Below are positions 8,775 through 19,597 of a DNA stretch of 64,000 nucleotides, piece after piece. This stretch comes from Candidatus Poribacteria bacterium (GTDB lineage: Bacteria; Poribacteria; WGA-4E; WGA-3G). Every line of letters starts with the position of its first letter. Within the stretch, counting starts at the first letter, position 1. A program made the translations under genes and the position numbers. The notes below the pieces were generated by a model that was given only the letters and a program-made list of their open reading frames with translations, was not told where the DNA came from and ran no database searches. Location: assembly GCA_964291315.2 (NCBI GenBank), contig OZ219753.1:3136001-3200000 (forward strand), in the 5' to 3' direction.

Positions 8775-11558
8775 ATGACGCACCGCAAAAAACTGATTGA
8801 AGTCAATATACCGCTCCAAGCTATCAATATAGAATCTGCAAAGGATGGAGCGCTGAAACATGGACACCCGTCAACGTTGCACCGCTACTGGGCGCGCCGC
8901 CCGCTTGCCGCATGCCGCGCTATCGTCTTCGCCAGCTTCGTCGACGATCCCGCTGAATGTGAAGACGAGTTCACAACCGAAGATGAACAAGATGCCGAAC
9001 GCGACCGGCTCTACGACATCATTAAACGGCTTATCATCTGGAAGAACAGCAACGACGCGAACTTGCTGGCAGAGGCACGCTATGAGATCGCCCTCTCCGT
9101 CGCCCGCAACAATGGACAAGATTTAACCGAGTTTCGCGCGCAATATAAGGGCGATCCAGAGGCGGTTTTACAGTATCTGCGCGAGCACGCCCCCGCTGTC
9201 TACGATCCCTTCTGTGGCGGCGGCTCGGTTCCGCTCGAGGCACAACGCTTAGGACTAAACGCCCGAGGCTCCGACCTGAACCCGCTCCCGGTGCTACTAA
9301 ACAAGGCGATGATTGAACTGCCGCCGAAGTTCCACAATCAGCAACCGGTCAACCCGGAGGCGGACCCGATGCACATGTTCACAGACCGTGGCAAAAGCAA
9401 GGCTCGCGCGCCTTGGAGAGGCACTGCGGGCTTGGCAGCGGATATCCGCTACTATGGTGCCTGGATGCGCGAGGCGGCATACAAACGGATTGGGCATCTC
9501 TATCCGAAGGCAGAGTTGCCGGACGGCACTTCAGCCACTGTGGTTGCGTGGCTCTGGGCGCGCACGGTGCTGTGTATTAATCCCGCTTGCGGTCTACAGA
9601 TACCGTTGATAAAGACGTTCCAGTTGTCGAAAAAGAAGGGACAGGAGCAATACATTAAGCCGGTGGTTGAGAGAGAGACGAATACCATATCGTGGCATGT
9701 GCAGACCAATCCTGACGGGTTGCCGGCGCCCACGGTGATGCGCACGGGTGCGTATTGTTGTGGTTGCGGCACCGCTGCGAAGCTGCCTTACCTTCGGGAG
9801 CAGGGAAAAGCCGGCAGGATGGGAGAGAGAATGACAGCGATAGTTGCTGAGGGAGAACGCAGAAAGTTATTCTTGGCACCCGCTGAAGCTCACGTCCAAA
9901 TCGCCCAATCGGCTGAACCGAGTTGGAGGCCGAGAGGCACGCTGCCGACGCAAGGAATAAGTATTAGCCCGCAGCTTTACGGGTTCATAAACTGGCATCA
10001 ACTTTTCACGGAACGACAGTTGACAGCGCTCAACACTTTCTCCGGCTTGTTAGCTGAAGTTCACAAGCGCATGAGGGAGGACGGGGCAGAAAACGAGTAT
10101 GCCGATGCCGTTTCTACCTATCTCTCCCTCGCCATCGACAAAACTGCTGAAAGTCATTGCAGCTTTGCATGGTGGCAAGATTCGGTGGTTAGAACTGTCT
10201 TTACATCACATAGAATTCAGATGACTTGGTCATTTGCTGAAGCGAACCCTTTTTCTACGTCAACACAAAATTGGATGGCACAAATAGAGTGGGTTTCAAA
10301 GGCGGTAGAGAATCTACCTGCACCTGTGAACCCCGGCGAGGCACATCAGGCGGATGTGTGCACCACACCGCACGCCCAGAACAGGCCTGTTGTCATCACC
10401 GATCCCCCCTACTACGATAACATCGGCTTCGCAGACCTCTCCGACTTCTTCTACGTCTGGCTCAGACCCCTCCTGCGCAACACCTATCCCGAGCTGTTCG
10501 CCGGGATGACAACACCAAAGGCAGAGGAAATAACCGCTATTCCACGGTTTGAAAACCCCAAGCAGCATTTTGAAGACTTACTCAGCAGGTCGTTTCGGCA
10601 GGTGCGTCGCTATTGTTCAGACAAATACCCAACGTCTATCTTCTACGCCTATAAGCAGCGAGAGAAAGAACAAGACGGGAAGACCTCTACCGGATGGGAG
10701 ACGATGCTGGAGGCAACTATCAACGCCGGCTTTCAGATCGTTGCCACCTGGCCCCTGCGAACAGAGGTAGAAAAAGGGCAGAAAACAGGTAAAAATACGC
10801 TCACCTCCTCTATTCTATTGGTGTGTAGACCGCGCCCCGAGGATGCATCCCGCAGCGACCGAAACGCCTTCATACGCGCCCTGGAACACGAGATGCCTGC
10901 AGCGCTCGACCGACTCACCCGCATTGCAAACATCAGACCCGTCGACTTGGCACAAGCCGCTATCGGCCCCGGCATGGAGATCTACTCCCGCTATCGCAGC
11001 GTCACGCGCATGAGCGGCGAAGTCGTCTCCATACGAGAGGCACTGCTACACATCAACAACGCCATTACCGCTTATCACGAGAAGGTGATGGGACAATTGG
11101 ACACAGAGACGCAGTTCTGCCTGACGTGGCTGCGGCAGCACGGATACTCGGCAGGCAGTTTCGGGGATGCCGAGGCACTTTCAAAGGCGAAGGGCGTTCA
11201 TATCGAGGCGATGCACGACACGCTGCTGCTGTCGTCTCCGGGCAGCGTGCGTCTGTTGAGATCGGAGGAATATGCGGATCGCGAGGAGCGCCGAGAGATG
11301 TCGTCGTGGGAGGGGTGTCTTCGGATGGCGTGGCATCTGTCTCACAGTGAGTTCAGCGGTGGTATTCAGGGGTGCGCGCGGGTTGCGCGCTTGATGCGTG
11401 ATTATGATGGTGCGAGACGTTTGGCTCTGATTTTATACAGCCACTATGAGGCGTTGGGTGATACGGAGACTGCGTCGCAGTATAACTACTTGGTGACGGA
11501 ATGGACGTATATCTATCGGGCGATGGGTTCTCCCGTGCAGATAGAGGCGGACGTTTAA
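8775..11558 (+). CDS. DUF1156-family adenine DNA methyltransferase with Zn ribbon
   Basis: KKLIEVNIPL, LHRYWARRPLA, DPFCGGG, CxxxxC/CCGC, TDPPYY, STGWET; start placed at ATG 8775. Confidence 0.85.
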   Translation: MTHRKKLIEVNIPLQAINIESAKDGALKHGHPSTLHRYWARRPLAACRAIVFASFVDDPAECEDEFTTEDEQDAERDRLYDIIKRLIIWKNSNDANLLAEARYEIALSVARNNGQDLTEFRAQYKGDPEAVLQYLREHAPAVYDPFCGGGSVPLEAQRLGLNARGSDLNPLPVLLNKAMIELPPKFHNQQPVNPEADPMHMFTDRGKSKARAPWRGTAGLAADIRYYGAWMREAAYKRIGHLYPKAELPDGTSATVVAWLWARTVLCINPACGLQIPLIKTFQLSKKKGQEQYIKPVVERETNTISWHVQTNPDGLPAPTVMRTGAYCCGCGTAAKLPYLREQGKAGRMGERMTAIVAEGERRKLFLAPAEAHVQIAQSAEPSWRPRGTLPTQGISISPQLYGFINWHQLFTERQLTALNTFSGLLAEVHKRMREDGAENEYADAVSTYLSLAIDKTAESHCSFAWWQDSVVRTVFTSHRIQMTWSFAEANPFSTSTQNWMAQIEWVSKAVENLPAPVNPGEAHQADVCTTPHAQNRPVVITDPPYYDNIGFADLSDFFYVWLRPLLRNTYPELFAGMTTPKAEEITAIPRFENPKQHFEDLLSRSFRQVRRYCSDKYPTSIFYAYKQREKEQDGKTSTGWETMLEATINAGFQIVATWPLRTEVEKGQKTGKNTLTSSILLVCRPRPEDASRSDRNAFIRALEHEMPAALDRLTRIANIRPVDLAQAAIGPGMEIYSRYRSVTRMSGEVVSIREALLHINNAITAYHEKVMGQLDTETQFCLTWLRQHGYSAGSFGDAEALSKAKGVHIEAMHDTLLLSSPGSVRLLRSEEYADREERREMSSWEGCLRMAWHLSHSEFSGGIQGCARVARLMRDYDGARRLALILYSHYEALGDTETASQYNYLVTEWTYIYRAMGSPVQIEADV

Positions 11559-11580
11559 TGTTGGAGACTGTCCGACACAG

Positions 11581-11636
11581 GATACCAATAGCCTATGCTA
11601 CAACTCTATCGCACAGACTAACAGTCTATGCTACAA
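11581..11636 (-). repeat. REP-like GTAG-headed palindromes (two units)
   Basis: 11612-11636 is the exact reverse complement of TTGTAGCATAGACTGTTAGTCTGTG at 23381-23405; a variant unit ends at 11603. Confidence 0.7.
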
Positions 11637-11730
11637 CCATACCGAATAGTGGGACAAAAGAGCGTCGCTAACGCTGTTTTCAAATACACGTTAGTAGCTA
11701 TAGAAACGAAAACACAGTGAAGGAATCAAA

Positions 11731-11756
11731 GAAGTGCGGTCAAGAGACCGCGTTTC
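11731..11756. terminator. Hairpin between convergent genes
   Basis: gaagtgcggtc-aaga-gaccgcgtttc stem with G-U pairs. Confidence 0.5.
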
Positions 11757-11775
11757 ATAGTATCAATAAGCTGTA

Positions 11776-12450
11776 TTAGAATCCAGATTTAATCTTGCCC
11801 CATTGGGTAGCCAATTTGTCCTTGGCATCAACGGGAAAAGGGGTATCCCGGTTCAGATCGTCTTCGGGTTCACCTTCAAAATAGCGGAAATTATCGATCC
11901 AGAAATCGACATCTGATTGTGCAATAGACAAACTTACCCACATGTCTCTTGAGACATCTGCTGTTGCGGTGAAGGTATAAGTATATTCTTCCCACTCGGG
12001 CCCCGCCAAATTTATTAAAGGACTGGGCTGATTGTTTAGATAATTCACCCAAGGATCGTGTTGCATCTGGAAATTTACCAGTACCTCACGCGGTTTCTCG
12101 GAACGCGCGTAGAAGACGACAGAGTACTTTTCGCCCTTCTGCATCGAGACGCTTTTTTGCTTAACTTTTGCGTGCCAAGCTGTCCCGGTGGCCTCATGTC
12201 CGATGATCTTGAGCGATTTCTTTCCGTGTTGCGGGTTCTTCTTGTCAATCTCCATTGTATAGAGCCCGCCCCGATCACAGCATGCGCCGTCCTCTAATTC
12301 CCAACCAGCCAGATCCTCTTCAAAACTGTAATTTTCAATGAGAAGCTCACCGGTTTTCCATTTACCTAATTCCTGTGGTGTTTCTGCAAATGCGTTAAAA
12401 CGTATGAGCAGCGCGAACAGAAACACACTTATAGCGATAGATTTCGTCAC
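11776..12450 (-). CDS. Secreted carbohydrate-binding (CBM4/9-like) protein with C-terminal KLATQWGKIK motif
   Basis: GTG 12450 after AAGGAG; signal peptide; N.SFE..L.GW and FWIDNFR jelly-roll motifs. Confidence 0.7.
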   Translation of the reverse strand: MTKSIAISVFLFALLIRFNAFAETPQELGKWKTGELLIENYSFEEDLAGWELEDGACCDRGGLYTMEIDKKNPQHGKKSLKIIGHEATGTAWHAKVKQKSVSMQKGEKYSVVFYARSEKPREVLVNFQMQHDPWVNYLNNQPSPLINLAGPEWEEYTYTFTATADVSRDMWVSLSIAQSDVDFWIDNFRYFEGEPEDDLNRDTPFPVDAKDKLATQWGKIKSGF

Positions 12451-12490
12451 CTTAAATTTCTCCTTTGTGTGCGAAAGCACATTTATGAAA

Positions 12491-12859
12491 TTAGACATCG
12501 CCCCGCATAAGAGATTCGACTTCAGGGAGTACGTCTGCAACCGTCGCCTGGTCAACCTGTTTGGCGATGTTGCTGTAACCCGCCGCGTGGATCATTTCCG
12601 CAAGGTTTTGTCCCAATTGTTCGATTGTCCATGCAACTGAGTCCGGCACGCTTGTCTTATCGAGATGCCGCTGATCGTTCTTTCCCGAAGGATCGTAATG
12701 ATAATGTGGGTCTTTGCGGAAACAGTCGAAACGGAGCAGTTGCACGTTTTCACCGTTTGCCTCACCGTAAACACGCACGGAAGGCCCACCATCTGATCCG
12801 AAATTGCGCTGATCTACATGGAGTTCAACGCCCCCTACATCAAACACTCTTTCAGCCAT
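12491..12859 (-). CDS. Hypothetical protein
   Basis: ORF with LLRFDCF...HYHY motif; likely start ATG 12859. Confidence 0.6.
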   Translation of the reverse strand: MAERVFDVGGVELHVDQRNFGSDGGPSVRVYGEANGENVQLLRFDCFRKDPHYHYDPSGKNDQRHLDKTSVPDSVAWTIEQLGQNLAEMIHAAGYSNIAKQVDQATVADVLPEVESLMRGDV

Positions 12860-13089
12860 GAGTCTTCTTCCTATTTTTGCAGATTTCCACAATTATACAG
12901 CATAACGGCAAACATGTCAACTAAAACCTCAGCGATGTCTTGGAAATTTATCTCTCGTTACCTAAACGTCCTTTTTAAAGCGCTGTACGTATAAAAAATT
13001 GGCAAAGAGAATAAAAATATGATATACTATTATTAAATTTAAGTTTGTCTCAATTAATAAATGTAGTAAATGAATAATAAATGTAATAC

Positions 13090-14085
13090 ATGAAACGACG
13101 CATGCTCGACCGCTTTGGGCGGATTCATACAAACCTGAGAATTTCGGTGACCGATGTCTGCAATTTCCGATGTATCTATTGTATGCCGGAAGACATGAAC
13201 TTCATGCCAGACGCTGCCCTCATGACGTTCGACGAGATTCTAGATCTCACAAGGATTTTTGTTGGATTAGGCGTTAACAAAATCCGCGTTACTGGCGGTG
13301 AGCCGCTTGTTCGTCCTGATGTGCCTTTGCTCATAAAACATTTGACACAGTTCGAAGGGCTAAAAGACATCAGTCTAACGACAAACGGCATTGGACTTAT
13401 TAAGCAGGCGAAACCGCTTTATGACGCTGGGCTTCGCCGTATTAACGTCAGTCTAGATACACTCAATGAAGAGAAGTTCGAGCAGATGACCCGTCGGAAA
13501 GTACTTTCACGCGTGCTTGAAGGGCTCAAAACAGCACACCGATGCGGTTTCAATCCGATTAAGGTTAACGCTGTCGCAATGCGTGGCTTTACCGATGACG
13601 AAATCATCGATCTAGCAGCTTTTGCACGTCAAAATAATTATCAACTCCGATTCATCGAATTTATGCCCTTAGATGCCGATGATATTTGGGGACGTAACAT
13701 GTACATCTCGGGCAAAGATATCATTGAAAAAATTAACGCAGTCTATCCGCTCACACCCGTAACGCTGAACGGAGAGGCGAAGAGTGACACCGCCAAACGT
13801 TACCGCTTTACGGATACTAGTAATGAGGTCGGAATAATTCCTTCTGTGAGCCAACCGTTCTGTGAAAATTGCAACCGGGTTCGTCTGACTGCTGATGGGA
13901 AATTCCGGACGTGTCTTTTTTCATTAACAGAAACGGATCTGCTTACGCCTTTGCGCCAAGGGGCATCGGACGAAACACTCGCAGAGCTAATTCTGGCGGC
14001 AGTTTTACAAAAGGAGGCGGGGCATAAAATTAACGCAGCAGACTTCATTAAACCCGAGCGAAATATGTCGAGAATAGGCGGCTAA
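13090..14085 (+). CDS. moaA: GTP 3',8-cyclase
   Basis: LRISVTDVCNFRCIYCMP radical-SAM motif, FCENCNRVR, C-terminal MSRIGG. Confidence 0.97.
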   Translation: MKRRMLDRFGRIHTNLRISVTDVCNFRCIYCMPEDMNFMPDAALMTFDEILDLTRIFVGLGVNKIRVTGGEPLVRPDVPLLIKHLTQFEGLKDISLTTNGIGLIKQAKPLYDAGLRRINVSLDTLNEEKFEQMTRRKVLSRVLEGLKTAHRCGFNPIKVNAVAMRGFTDDEIIDLAAFARQNNYQLRFIEFMPLDADDIWGRNMYISGKDIIEKINAVYPLTPVTLNGEAKSDTAKRYRFTDTSNEVGIIPSVSQPFCENCNRVRLTADGKFRTCLFSLTETDLLTPLRQGASDETLAELILAAVLQKEAGHKINAADFIKPERNMSRIGG

Positions 14086-14209
14086 AGCAGCATGTGTTGT
14101 GAGATACACAAATGTTAAAAAATCACGTTGTAGTTGCAGTATAAACACACATACTAAAGAAATCTAATTGTAACCACATATTTCAACTTTAAGGAGTTCA
14201 AGCAAAGGA

Positions 14210-15001
14210 ATGAGCAAAAACTTAGTCATTAAAGACTTGCACATCAGTGTGCAGGGCCAACCCATTATTAAAGGGCTAAATTTGACCGTCCAACAGGGCG
14301 AAATTCATGCCCTCATGGGTCCAAATGGGTCTGGTAAAAGTACCCTCGCCAACGGCTTAATGGGACATCCGCTTTATGATACTGATTCAGGCGAAGTGAC
14401 TTTCAACGGTGTTGATGTCCTAGAACTTGAACCAAACGAACGCGCGAAACTCGGACTTTTCCTCGCTTTTCAATATCCAACGGTTATTCCAGGGGTCAGC
14501 TTAGCGAATTTTCTGCGACTCGCTGTGAGCGCAGTTCGTGGAAAAGAGGGAAACGGATCCAATAATGATAAACTTATTCCAATGCGCGAGTTCCGTCGCG
14601 AACTTCGCAGTAAAATGAAACAACTAGGCGTTGATGATTCTTTCGCCAGACGATACCTCAACGACGGTTTCTCCGGCGGCGAAAAAAAGCGCGCAGAGAT
14701 CCTGCAACTCGCAATGCTTGAACCTAAAATTGCTGTTCTTGATGAAACCGATTCCGGACTCGACATTGACGCGGTTCGAATTGTCGGTGAAAGCGTGAAT
14801 AGACTTGTCGGCCCCGACCTTGGAGTCCTCATTATTACGCACTACCCCCGTTTACTAGACTACATCCGGCCAGATTTTGTACATATACTGCTAGACGGTA
14901 GAATTGTTGAATCCGGCGGTTGGGAACTGACACAGATCTTAGAAGCAAAGGGCTATGATCCCCTTCGAGAAAAATACGGGATTGCAGAGGAAACTGAATA
15001 A
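14210..15001 (+). CDS. sufC: Fe-S assembly ATPase
   Basis: GPNGSGKST, GLFLAFQYP, FSGGEKKR, LDETDSGLDID. Confidence 0.97.
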   Translation: MSKNLVIKDLHISVQGQPIIKGLNLTVQQGEIHALMGPNGSGKSTLANGLMGHPLYDTDSGEVTFNGVDVLELEPNERAKLGLFLAFQYPTVIPGVSLANFLRLAVSAVRGKEGNGSNNDKLIPMREFRRELRSKMKQLGVDDSFARRYLNDGFSGGEKKRAEILQLAMLEPKIAVLDETDSGLDIDAVRIVGESVNRLVGPDLGVLIITHYPRLLDYIRPDFVHILLDGRIVESGGWELTQILEAKGYDPLREKYGIAEETE

Positions 15002-15055
15002 ATCCAAACGGCGGTCGGAGTACACGCCTCCAACCAATAATAAGGAGAAAGTAAA

Positions 15056-16474
15056 ATGGCAACTTCTGAAAAGAACACGATGGAAGAACTCGGAATTAGC
15101 AAAGAGTACCAATACGGGTTCCATGACAATATTAAACCGACATTTAAGTCACGCAAAGGGTTGGACGAGGAAGTTATCAACGAAATGTGTGACATCAAAG
15201 GCGAACCAGATTGGATGCGCGAGTATCGACTCAACGCTTATCGGATTTTCAAACAAAAACCGATGACCAAATGGGGTGGTGATCTGTCGCAACTCGATTT
15301 CGATGACATCTACTATTACGTTAAAGCTTCTGACCGCAGTGAGCGCAGCTGGGACGACGTGCCAGAAGATATCAAGAAGACTTTCGATCGCCTCGGCATC
15401 CCCGAAGCAGAGCGAAAATTCCTTGCAGGTGTCGGCGCACAATACGACTCGGAAGTCGTCTACCACAATATTGTCGAAGAATTAGACAAAATCGGTGTTG
15501 TCTTCCTTGATACCGATACCGCTGTCAAAGAATACCCGGATTTAGTAAAGAAATACTTTGGCACTATTATCCCATCTGCTGATAACCAATTTGCAGCGCT
15601 CAATAGTGCCGCCTGGAGTGGAGGGAGTTTTGTTTACGTCCCCCCCGGCGTGAAAGTCGAATATCCATTGCAAGCCTATTTCCGAATCAATAGCGAGAAC
15701 ATGGGGCAATTCGAACGCACACTCATCATCGCTGACGAAGGATCACAGGTACATTATGTCGAGGGGTGTACTGCACCGACATACAGCAGTGAATCCCTGC
15801 ACAGCGCGGTCGTTGAGATTGTTTGCATGAAAGGTTCGCGAGTCCGTTATACGACTATTCAGAACTGGGCAAACAATGTATACAATCTCGTGACAAAGCG
15901 CGCGGTAGCTTACGAGGATGCCCAGATGGAATGGGTGGATGGGAATCTGGGTAGTAAATTAACAATGAAGTACCCGAGTGTTTATATGATGGAGCCCGGG
16001 GCGCGGGGCGATATTCTCTCCATCGCTTTTGCTAGTAATGGCCAGCATCAGGATGCAGGCGCGAAAGTCTACCACTGCGCACCACACACCACTTCGCAGA
16101 TAACCTCAAAGAGTATTAGTAAAGATGGTGGCCGGTCAAGCTATCGCGGATGGGTTGATGTCGCAAAAGGTGCGAAAGGCTGCAAATCGCATGTCGTTTG
16201 TGATGCCCTCATTCTCGACAAGGACTCGCGTTCGGATACCTATCCTGTCATTGAAATCGGTGAAAGTGATACTAACATTGAACACGAGGCGCGCGTCAGC
16301 AAAATTGGGGAGGAACAACTCTTCTACCTGATGAGCCGCGGGCTTTCGGAAGAGGAAGCCTCGACTATGATTGTTAATGGGTTTATCGAACCCCTCGTGA
16401 AGGAACTCCCGATGGAATACGCAGTTGAGATGAATCGCCTCATCCAACTTCAGATGGAAGGATCAGTCGGTTAA
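15056..16474 (+). CDS. sufB: Fe-S assembly scaffold
   Basis: [27 protein letters not shown] terminus. Confidence 0.97.
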   Translation: MATSEKNTMEELGISKEYQYGFHDNIKPTFKSRKGLDEEVINEMCDIKGEPDWMREYRLNAYRIFKQKPMTKWGGDLSQLDFDDIYYYVKASDRSERSWDDVPEDIKKTFDRLGIPEAERKFLAGVGAQYDSEVVYHNIVEELDKIGVVFLDTDTAVKEYPDLVKKYFGTIIPSADNQFAALNSAAWSGGSFVYVPPGVKVEYPLQAYFRINSENMGQFERTLIIADEGSQVHYVEGCTAPTYSSESLHSAVVEIVCMKGSRVRYTTIQNWANNVYNLVTKRAVAYEDAQMEWVDGNLGSKLTMKYPSVYMMEPGARGDILSIAFASNGQHQDAGAKVYHCAPHTTSQITSKSISKDGGRSSYRGWVDVAKGAKGCKSHVVCDALILDKDSRSDTYPVIEIGESDTNIEHEARVSKIGEEQLFYLMSRGLSEEEASTMIVNGFIEPLVKELPMEYAVEMNRLIQLQMEGSVG

Positions 16475-16498
16475 ATAGTGGTCGGAAACCATTGGCAG

Positions 16499-16566
16499 TC
16501 AGCTGTCAGTAACACTTGGGATGGGTGAAAACGTTTGGAATGCCCCGATGAGCTTCTGACAGCTGA
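16499..16566. repeat. Intergenic inverted repeat
   Basis: tcagctgtcag (16499-16509) pairs perfectly with ctgacagctga (16556-16566). Confidence 0.6.
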
Positions 16567-16588
16567 TAGCTATTACAAGGATAAAAAA

Positions 16589-17950
16589 TTGCAAAAAGGC
16601 CAATTTTCAAAAGCATTTCTTCAAAAAATATCAGAAACTGAACCCGGGTGGATGCGCAAGAAACGGCTGGAGGCTTATACACTTTACGAATCACTACCGA
16701 TGCCGCATACAACTGAAGACGACGTATGGCGACGCACTGTTGATATGCGTACCCAAGATTATTGGAGGCGAAGCCGGCGATCTCTCCGTGGCTTTTCCAT
16801 CGATAAATATTATCCAAATGTTCCGGCAAGCGGTGGGATCTGCACAGAAGATGGAAAAGAGAATGATGCGGAAGTCGCCGGAGTGTTGGTGCAAGTTGAT
16901 GGACGACTCCAACGTATTTCTCAGACCGAAACAGCGAAAAAAAATGGGGTCTATTTTGCGCATCTTCGCACTGCCTTACAGGAACAACCGGAACTGCTCC
17001 GCACCTACTTCATGAACAAGGCAGTGACCTTGGAAACAACACTAAAGAGCGGGAATATTGCACAACGCAATAAGTTTGACGCGCTGCACGGTGCTTTTTG
17101 GCAAGGTGGTTATCTGTTGTATATTCCGAAAGGTGTGAAAGTCGAAGTGCCGCTTCGGGTCTATATCAGAATGTCAGAAGCTGAACAAGCCGATCTTTCT
17201 CATACGCTCATTATTGCTGAAGAGGGCAGCGAAGTTACAATTTTGGAAGACAACCTATCTACAGATTCGAGGGCGGAAGGCTTACACAACGGTGCTGTCG
17301 AAATTTTCGTTGGACAGAACGCTAATGTAACTTACGCGCAAGTCCAACGTTGGAACCGGCAGGTCTGGAATATCGCTTCGCATCGTGCTATGGTTGCTAG
17401 AGATGCCCAGCTCTGTTGGGTGACTGCCACATTCGGTAGTAGACTCAGCAAGATAAACCAAGCGGTTATTTTAGAAGGTGAAGGGTGCACCGCCCAAATG
17501 CTCGGATTAGCTTTCACAGATGCCCGTCAACACTTAGATATTAGCACCGCCCAGGAACATGTTTCGCCGCATACCTCTAGCAATCTCCTCTATCGGACTG
17601 TCCTGAAGGATAGAGCACAGAACGCCTGGGGCGGGAATATTTACGTCTACCCTGCAGCAAACCATACCGATGCCTATCAGAAAAATGATAACCTTCTGTT
17701 AAGCGAACGTGCCCACGCGGATACCTTACCGGGCTTGGAAATCCAAGCACATGAGGTGCGGTGTACACACGGTGCAACCGCTGGAAAGATTGATGCAGAA
17801 CAGGTTTTCTACTTAATGAGTCGCGGTTTGCCTTATGCACAAGCTGAAAAACTAATTGTTGAAGGGTTCTTTGAACCTGTCATGGAACGTATCCCGTTAG
17901 AATCTGTGCGTGAAGAATTAACTACATCTATTACGCACAAACTTGCATAG
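16589..17950 (+). CDS. sufD: Fe-S assembly protein SufD
   Basis: SufBD fold, PGLEI..EVRCTHGAT, FYLMSRG; likely TTG start 16589 after AAGGA. Confidence 0.93.
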   Translation: MQKGQFSKAFLQKISETEPGWMRKKRLEAYTLYESLPMPHTTEDDVWRRTVDMRTQDYWRRSRRSLRGFSIDKYYPNVPASGGICTEDGKENDAEVAGVLVQVDGRLQRISQTETAKKNGVYFAHLRTALQEQPELLRTYFMNKAVTLETTLKSGNIAQRNKFDALHGAFWQGGYLLYIPKGVKVEVPLRVYIRMSEAEQADLSHTLIIAEEGSEVTILEDNLSTDSRAEGLHNGAVEIFVGQNANVTYAQVQRWNRQVWNIASHRAMVARDAQLCWVTATFGSRLSKINQAVILEGEGCTAQMLGLAFTDARQHLDISTAQEHVSPHTSSNLLYRTVLKDRAQNAWGGNIYVYPAANHTDAYQKNDNLLLSERAHADTLPGLEIQAHEVRCTHGATAGKIDAEQVFYLMSRGLPYAQAEKLIVEGFFEPVMERIPLESVREELTTSITHKLA

Positions 17951-18066
17951 ATACAGTCTGCTGTTATCGGAGGTCGGTTAGTCCTGATGTTCACATCGAC
18001 AGATAATCGATAACCGAACTGACTGAAAATTGAAAATCGTTAACAACTAAAAAGGAGCAACTCACA

Positions 18067-18408
18067 ATGAGTCAACCGAAAATTATCGCGTATATGAAAC
18101 CGGTCTGTGGATGGAGCAACGGTGTCCGCGCTATCTTCACTAAATACGGTTTGGAGTATGAAGACAAGGACATCATCAACGATGAAAATAATTATCGCGA
18201 AATGGTTCAGAAAACACAGCAGCCGTATCAGCCGTGTGTTCAGATAGACGATGTGATGCTTGCCGATGTCAGTGGTGATGAAGTGGAACACTATTTGGTA
18301 TCGGAAGGGATCGTCCAATCGAACGATGCTGAAACCGACGTGCCAACCGATCAGGCGTGTGAGGATCATGGACCAACGGCTGTCAATATCGGTTTCCCGA
18401 GCCGATAA
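18067..18408 (+). CDS. Glutaredoxin-like protein
   Basis: KPVCGWS monothiol-like site; thioredoxin-fold size; suf context. Confidence 0.8.
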   Translation: MSQPKIIAYMKPVCGWSNGVRAIFTKYGLEYEDKDIINDENNYREMVQKTQQPYQPCVQIDDVMLADVSGDEVEHYLVSEGIVQSNDAETDVPTDQACEDHGPTAVNIGFPSR

Positions 18409-18426
18409 CACTCTTTTCTTTTTAAT

Positions 18427-19476
18427 ATGGGCGAGGCGTTTATGCCTCGCCCAACACAACGAACTATAACAACATATAGAATGACACTCGAAGGGCACAT
18501 CGAGGATATACGGCAACGCTTAGAGAAAAATGAATTTAGAGATGAAGCTGCCGTGCGCCTAGGCATTATCAATAGACTATTGAAGGTCTTGGGATGGCCA
18601 ATATTTGACGTTAAGATCGTTTTTCCAGAATATGGCGTTAACAACGGAAAGGTAGACTACGCGCTTTGCCATCCACCATCAAATCCTCGCGCCTTTATTG
18701 AAGTAAAGCGGGTCGGAAACATTGATAAAGGAATAGAACAACTCTTTGAGTATGCTTATCGCCAAGGGATAACTATTCTTGTGCTTACGGACGGTCAAAC
18801 ATGGCGATTTTATTTTCCTGCTGGCGAGGGATCTTACGAAAACCGTAAGATAGTAGAGGTGGACTTCACTGTAGGAAATAGCGAGGAATTTGCTAAGCGT
18901 CTTGACAGATACCTTAACTACGAATCCGTGAAGACCGGCAAAGCTGCTAAAAATATTACAACGGATTATTGGCAGGAACAGGTTGAGAAGATATTACCAG
19001 AAGTGTGGAATGAATTGGTGCAGGAAAAAAATGAGTTTCTCCTACACGCTATAATAGATAAAACAAAAGATAGGTCCGGACATGAACCTACAACAGAACA
19101 GGTCCTAGCCTTTCTGGAAAAACTATCCGTTCTACACGAAAATGGTATTATATATGATGATACGGAAGAGCTTGACGCGGAACGTTCCGTTTCTAAGCTG
19201 CGCGTCACGATGCCCGATGGAGAGGCAATTGAGCATAAACTTGCAATACATACCTTCATAGCTGTTATTGAAAAGATAGGGATAGAACGTGTAGAAACAC
19301 TCGGCCTAATCCAAAATGCTATTCCTTTAATTTCAACCCGTAAAGACCCAAAACGTGCACAACATCAAAGAGGTCAGTATTATATAGTATCTGGATTATC
19401 TAATCTTAAGAAAAAAACATTTCTTGAGGAGATTGCCGAGAAGTTACGGATTGACTTAAAAGTAGAACTTCGTTGA
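18427..19476 (+). CDS. HsdR N-terminal-like PD-(D/E)xK nuclease-domain protein
   Basis: EAAVR..II..LL..LGW...PEY...VDYAL...FIEVKR...LTDG.TW; real start may be 18481. Confidence 0.75.
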   Translation: MGEAFMPRPTQRTITTYRMTLEGHIEDIRQRLEKNEFRDEAAVRLGIINRLLKVLGWPIFDVKIVFPEYGVNNGKVDYALCHPPSNPRAFIEVKRVGNIDKGIEQLFEYAYRQGITILVLTDGQTWRFYFPAGEGSYENRKIVEVDFTVGNSEEFAKRLDRYLNYESVKTGKAAKNITTDYWQEQVEKILPEVWNELVQEKNEFLLHAIIDKTKDRSGHEPTTEQVLAFLEKLSVLHENGIIYDDTEELDAERSVSKLRVTMPDGEAIEHKLAIHTFIAVIEKIGIERVETLGLIQNAIPLISTRKDPKRAQHQRGQYYIVSGLSNLKKKTFLEEIAEKLRIDLKVELR

Positions 19477-19597
19477 TAAGATATGACCTTGTGATTCAAC
19501 GTGCACGGTGGTATCGATTTGTTAAGGTAAGCACTGCGTTTGTAGAAGCGGTTTAATCTGCGATTCAAACAGTAAATAAGATAGGTTATAAATAATA

